Below are positions 60,688-64,000 of a stretch of DNA of 64,000 bases, in pieces (positions within the stretch are counted from its first letter, which is position 1; each line of letters begins with the position of its first letter). Made by a program: the position numbers and the translations under genes. The notes beneath the pieces are model-generated. The model searched no databases, was not told where the DNA came from, and saw only the letters and a list, made by a program, of their open reading frames with translations. Source of the DNA: an uncultured delta proteobacterium (lineage in GTDB: Bacteria > Desulfobacterota > Desulfobacteria > Desulfobacterales > QNYZ01). Location of the stretch: positions 192,001-256,000 of the forward strand of contig CAWJQU010000003.1 in NCBI GenBank assembly GCA_963845145.1, given 5' to 3'.

Positions 60688-61593
60688 ATGGTTAAAGATA
60701 TCGATGTCCTCATTCTTGGAACCGGACCGGCGGGCCTGCAGGCGGCGATTCATGCTGCACGGGCTAAAGCCTCGGTTTTAGTTATGGGACGCAAACATAA
60801 ATCGAGCATCCACAACGCCCATGTAGAAAATTATTGCTGCCTCAGTAGTATTTCAGGAAATGATCTGCTCGCTCAAGGCGCCGAACAGGCCGCCAACGCC
60901 GGGGCCCATTTTCTTCATGAAGACGTGGTTAAGGTCGACCCCGGAGAAGGTGGTTTCGTTATTACGACAGAGAGCGACCAAACCATTAATACGCGAACCT
61001 TGATCCTGGCCATGGGCATCACGCGTAACAAGTTGGGCATTCCGGGTGAAAAAGAGCTTCTCGGAAAAGGCGTTAGTTATTGTGTCGATTGCGATGCTAA
61101 TTTTTACAAGGGCAGCCCGGTAGCGGTCGTTGGGAATGAATCTGCTGCGGTATCAGGGGCAATGACGCTGCTTTTTTATGCCAGCGAAGTGCACTTGATT
61201 TCAGAAAAACTCGAAGTGGCCGACGGCCTTGCCAATCAGATAAAGGCGTCGGACGTGCACCTTCATTTGGGAAAAAAGGTCGTTAAGACTATCGGTACGG
61301 AAAAACTCGAGGGCGTTATCCTAGATAACGATGAACGCCTGAACGTTAGCGGCCTGTTCATTGAAACCGGCGCCAAAGGCGCCGTTGAACTGGCCTCCTT
61401 TTTGGGTGTCGCGCTGGATGACGAAAAATTTCGTTACATCATGGTGGATAAGCAACAGCAGACAAATGTTCCCGGTATCTATGCCGCGGGTGATATCTGC
61501 GGACCGCCCTGGCAAATAGCCAAGGCCGTGGGAGAAGGCTGTGTGGCCGGGTTATCTGCTGCAAAATTTGCCAAAAAAAAGCGAAAGAAGTAA
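60688..61593 (+). CDS. Thioredoxin reductase-like flavoprotein (atypical)
   Basis: GTGPAG, GKGVSYCVDCD redox motif, TNVPGIYAAGD, QIAKAVGEG; ATG 60688 after AAGGAG. Confidence 0.88.
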   Translation: MVKDIDVLILGTGPAGLQAAIHAARAKASVLVMGRKHKSSIHNAHVENYCCLSSISGNDLLAQGAEQAANAGAHFLHEDVVKVDPGEGGFVITTESDQTINTRTLILAMGITRNKLGIPGEKELLGKGVSYCVDCDANFYKGSPVAVVGNESAAVSGAMTLLFYASEVHLISEKLEVADGLANQIKASDVHLHLGKKVVKTIGTEKLEGVILDNDERLNVSGLFIETGAKGAVELASFLGVALDDEKFRYIMVDKQQQTNVPGIYAAGDICGPPWQIAKAVGEGCVAGLSAAKFAKKKRKK

Positions 61594-61632
61594 GAGGGTT
61601 GAGATATACGCTGGGGTGGCGCCCAATATAAT

Positions 61633-63792
61633 CTAGACAGGTAAAGTGAAACAAAAGCGCGTGCCAAAGCCTTCACCCTCACTTTCAACCCAAATCTTTC
61701 CGCCATGGAGTTCGACAAAACGTTTAGATAACGATAACCCAAGACCGGTACCCTGGTAGCGACGACTCGCGGAGTTCTCCACCTGTTCAAAGGGCTGGAA
61801 AATCATCTCTAAATTTTCTTTTTTCAAACCGATGCCACTGTCGATAATAGAAATTTGAATAAACGCCTTTGGAAGCGCCGTCTTGTTTCGAGCCGGCATG
61901 TCGCCATCTGAAATGCACTTGGCATCCAGATCAATGCGACCCCCATTCGGCGTAAATTTGACGGCATTGGACAATAAGTTGTAAAGAATTTGCTTTAGCA
62001 TGCGTTCATCCACAGTCACGGACTCTGGAATGTTGTCTAATTTACAGGAGGTTTGGATGCCTCCTTTCATTGCTTTTTCTTTTATCATCACGAGGCTGTT
62101 GGATAATATTTCGCCAATATTCACCTTTGTCGGCTTATAATCGAATTTTCCAGCCTCAACTTTGGAAAGATCCAAGATGTCATTAATCAATGAAAGAAGA
62201 TGTTCGGCACTACCGTGAACATCAGCTAAGTATTCCTCTTGGATATCGTTTAATTTTCCGAAATGCTTGTCCAGAATTAACTCGGTGAAGCCGATGATAT
62301 GATTCATTGGCGTTCGCAATTCGTGGCTCATGTTGGCCAAAAATTCACTTTTTGAGCGGCTGGCGATTTCGGCTGTTCTTTTGGCCTCCCACATTGTCTG
62401 TTGTGCCTGTTTACGCTCTTCGATTTCTCGCTGCATTGATTTATTGGTTTTGAGTATTTCCGCGGTCCGTTCCAGGACTCTCTTTTCTAGCTCAATATTG
62501 CTTTTTTTCAGAACACTTTTTGTTTCCAATAGTTTTTTGCGTTGGGTTTCGATAATCTCAAATGCATCTGAAAAATATCGGGATAGTAAATATGCCTGGG
62601 AAAAAATAAAAATAAAAAGACCAAACTGAACCATATATTCGGCCTGAATAATATTCTGAGCATAGAGCATGTCGTTGACGGACAATATGAAGAGAATGCT
62701 AAAACCGGCCAGAAAAATAATCGCCTTAATTTCTTTATTGAGCGAGGCGATCACCAGAATGGCCGTCGCGTATACAAACATGGCAAGGGTGAACATCTGG
62801 TAAAAAACCAGCGTATGGGAAAAAACCTTTACCGGAAACAGGACAACCACCGCCACAAACAGGAGCGCGATTCCCGTAGCTGCGATGTAGATGTTTTTTG
62901 AAAACCTGTCGGAAAAAAGAGAATAAAAATAGTGGATAAAGGTAGGTACAGCGAAATAAAAGGTCAAATATTCGATCTTGATGATCATCTCATAGTTGAT
63001 CCCAGGAAAAAGCAGAAGGATATATCTTTCGCCGGTCACCACTATTCTCAGTGCGATAATCAGGCAAAAGAGTCCGAAAAAAAGGGCCGACCGCTCATTT
63101 CTCCGCAGGGAATAAATCCCTAAATGATACAATCCGATAATGAAAATACTACCAAAAAGAAAAAGATTAAACGCAATATTAATTTCACGACGTTTTTGTA
63201 ACTGATCCCTTGTCCCCAGGGTAATTGTTTCCCAGGCACCCCCCACTTTATGGGAAAAGTTAGAAACCTGAATGATAATATCCAATTTATCATCATCGGT
63301 CGTAAAATCGACTATTTCGGGTTGATACCCAGGCTTGGCTGAATCCGCCGTTTGACCGACGATACCGGCGGAAGATACTTTAAGGCCATTGATGAACAGG
63401 CTATACGACGTGCTCATTTCCAATGCTTTTACAGCCAGTTCGGTACTGTTTGCCTTATTTATATGAACGGTAAGACGATAGGTGGCGCACCCTGCTCCCC
63501 CAAGGGCTTGCCCCTGATGTACAAAACCGTTCCAAGGATTAGGTATGGCAATGTAATCGGCTTGCATGGAAGAGGCGTTTAAACTGAGATCCCGGGGGCT
63601 TAGGAGCTGTTTCCAGTAAAACTCATATTCACCGGATAGTTTTAAAGGACCATCCCGCTTAAAATCCCATTGGTTAAGATCCAGTACGCCCTTTACAGCC
63701 GTCGGGGCAACAGCCGATTCGGTTGATTTTTCGCAAGCGCTTGTAAACAAGAGCAAAATTCCGAGACAGATGGACAGTAGGCTGAATCTCAT
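61633..63792 (-). CDS. Sensor histidine kinase with 7TM-DISM input domain
   Basis: AVKGVLDL..W...LSGEYEFYW extracellular domain, 7 TM helices, H-box FLANMSHELRTP, NAVKFT, DSGIG, GTGLGL. Confidence 0.92.
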   Translation of the reverse strand: MRFSLLSICLGILLLFTSACEKSTESAVAPTAVKGVLDLNQWDFKRDGPLKLSGEYEFYWKQLLSPRDLSLNASSMQADYIAIPNPWNGFVHQGQALGGAGCATYRLTVHINKANSTELAVKALEMSTSYSLFINGLKVSSAGIVGQTADSAKPGYQPEIVDFTTDDDKLDIIIQVSNFSHKVGGAWETITLGTRDQLQKRREINIAFNLFLFGSIFIIGLYHLGIYSLRRNERSALFFGLFCLIIALRIVVTGERYILLLFPGINYEMIIKIEYLTFYFAVPTFIHYFYSLFSDRFSKNIYIAATGIALLFVAVVVLFPVKVFSHTLVFYQMFTLAMFVYATAILVIASLNKEIKAIIFLAGFSILFILSVNDMLYAQNIIQAEYMVQFGLFIFIFSQAYLLSRYFSDAFEIIETQRKKLLETKSVLKKSNIELEKRVLERTAEILKTNKSMQREIEERKQAQQTMWEAKRTAEIASRSKSEFLANMSHELRTPMNHIIGFTELILDKHFGKLNDIQEEYLADVHGSAEHLLSLINDILDLSKVEAGKFDYKPTKVNIGEILSNSLVMIKEKAMKGGIQTSCKLDNIPESVTVDERMLKQILYNLLSNAVKFTPNGGRIDLDAKCISDGDMPARNKTALPKAFIQISIIDSGIGLKKENLEMIFQPFEQVENSASRRYQGTGLGLSLSKRFVELHGGKIWVESEGEGFGTRFCFTLPV

Positions 63793-64000
63793 AATCAAAT
63801 ATTATCGTTTCAAAACAATTCAAAATTCTGCAGATGTTGAACCAGAAAAATCAGCAATCCGGTGCAAATCAAAGATACCACGCCGCCGTTTATTAAATAA
63901 TCATAGGGCCTCAATTATCCCGTTTGGATAAACGATTATTATAAATATCGGTAATCAGGAGAAAAACTTAATCGTTTTTCGTGCACAACGCGTGAGGACA

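Overview
Bacterial chromosomal window; gene content (standalone CooC, ETF plus a membrane CCG-domain oxidoreductase, DASS/CBS module, selenoprotein) suggests a Desulfobacterales-like sulfate reducer (inference). From left to right: the 5' part of tuf with its thr-tyr-gly-thr tRNA cluster, a LysM lytic transglycosylase, cooC, a U32 protein and a ~157-bp palindromic element. Next is a ~23-kb accessory catabolic locus (7.1-29.9 kb): two GcvT-fused dimethylglycine/sarcosine dehydrogenase-like flavoproteins, EtfAB, an ETF:quinone-oxidoreductase-like Fe-S membrane protein, a non-pyrrolysine MttB methyltransferase, an APH-type kinase, a HAD phosphatase, DeoR and two ABC importers. Then come a DASS transporter/response regulator/CBS module interrupted by an IS200 element, a housekeeping block (holA, lspA, ileS, pal, ftsB, rpsT, lptE, leuS, rne/rng, yajC-secD-secF, dprA, topA), a TetR/hydrolase pair with a shared operator, a three-gene redox operon and a 7TM histidine kinase. 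Best leads: (1) the redox operon's first gene, split by the ORF caller, is a UGA-readthrough selenocysteine rhodanese-rubrerythrin fusion with a SECIS-like hairpin, followed by a SelD-N-terminal-like flavoprotein and an atypical thioredoxin reductase; (2) the N-methyl-amine catabolic locus; (3) an RND-porter-like domain inserted in an ABC permease; (4) the palindromic MITE-like element. holA, pal and one hypothetical gene carry single-base frameshifts that may be assembly errors. No CRISPR array or rRNA was seen. All assignments come from motif recognition; no searches were run.
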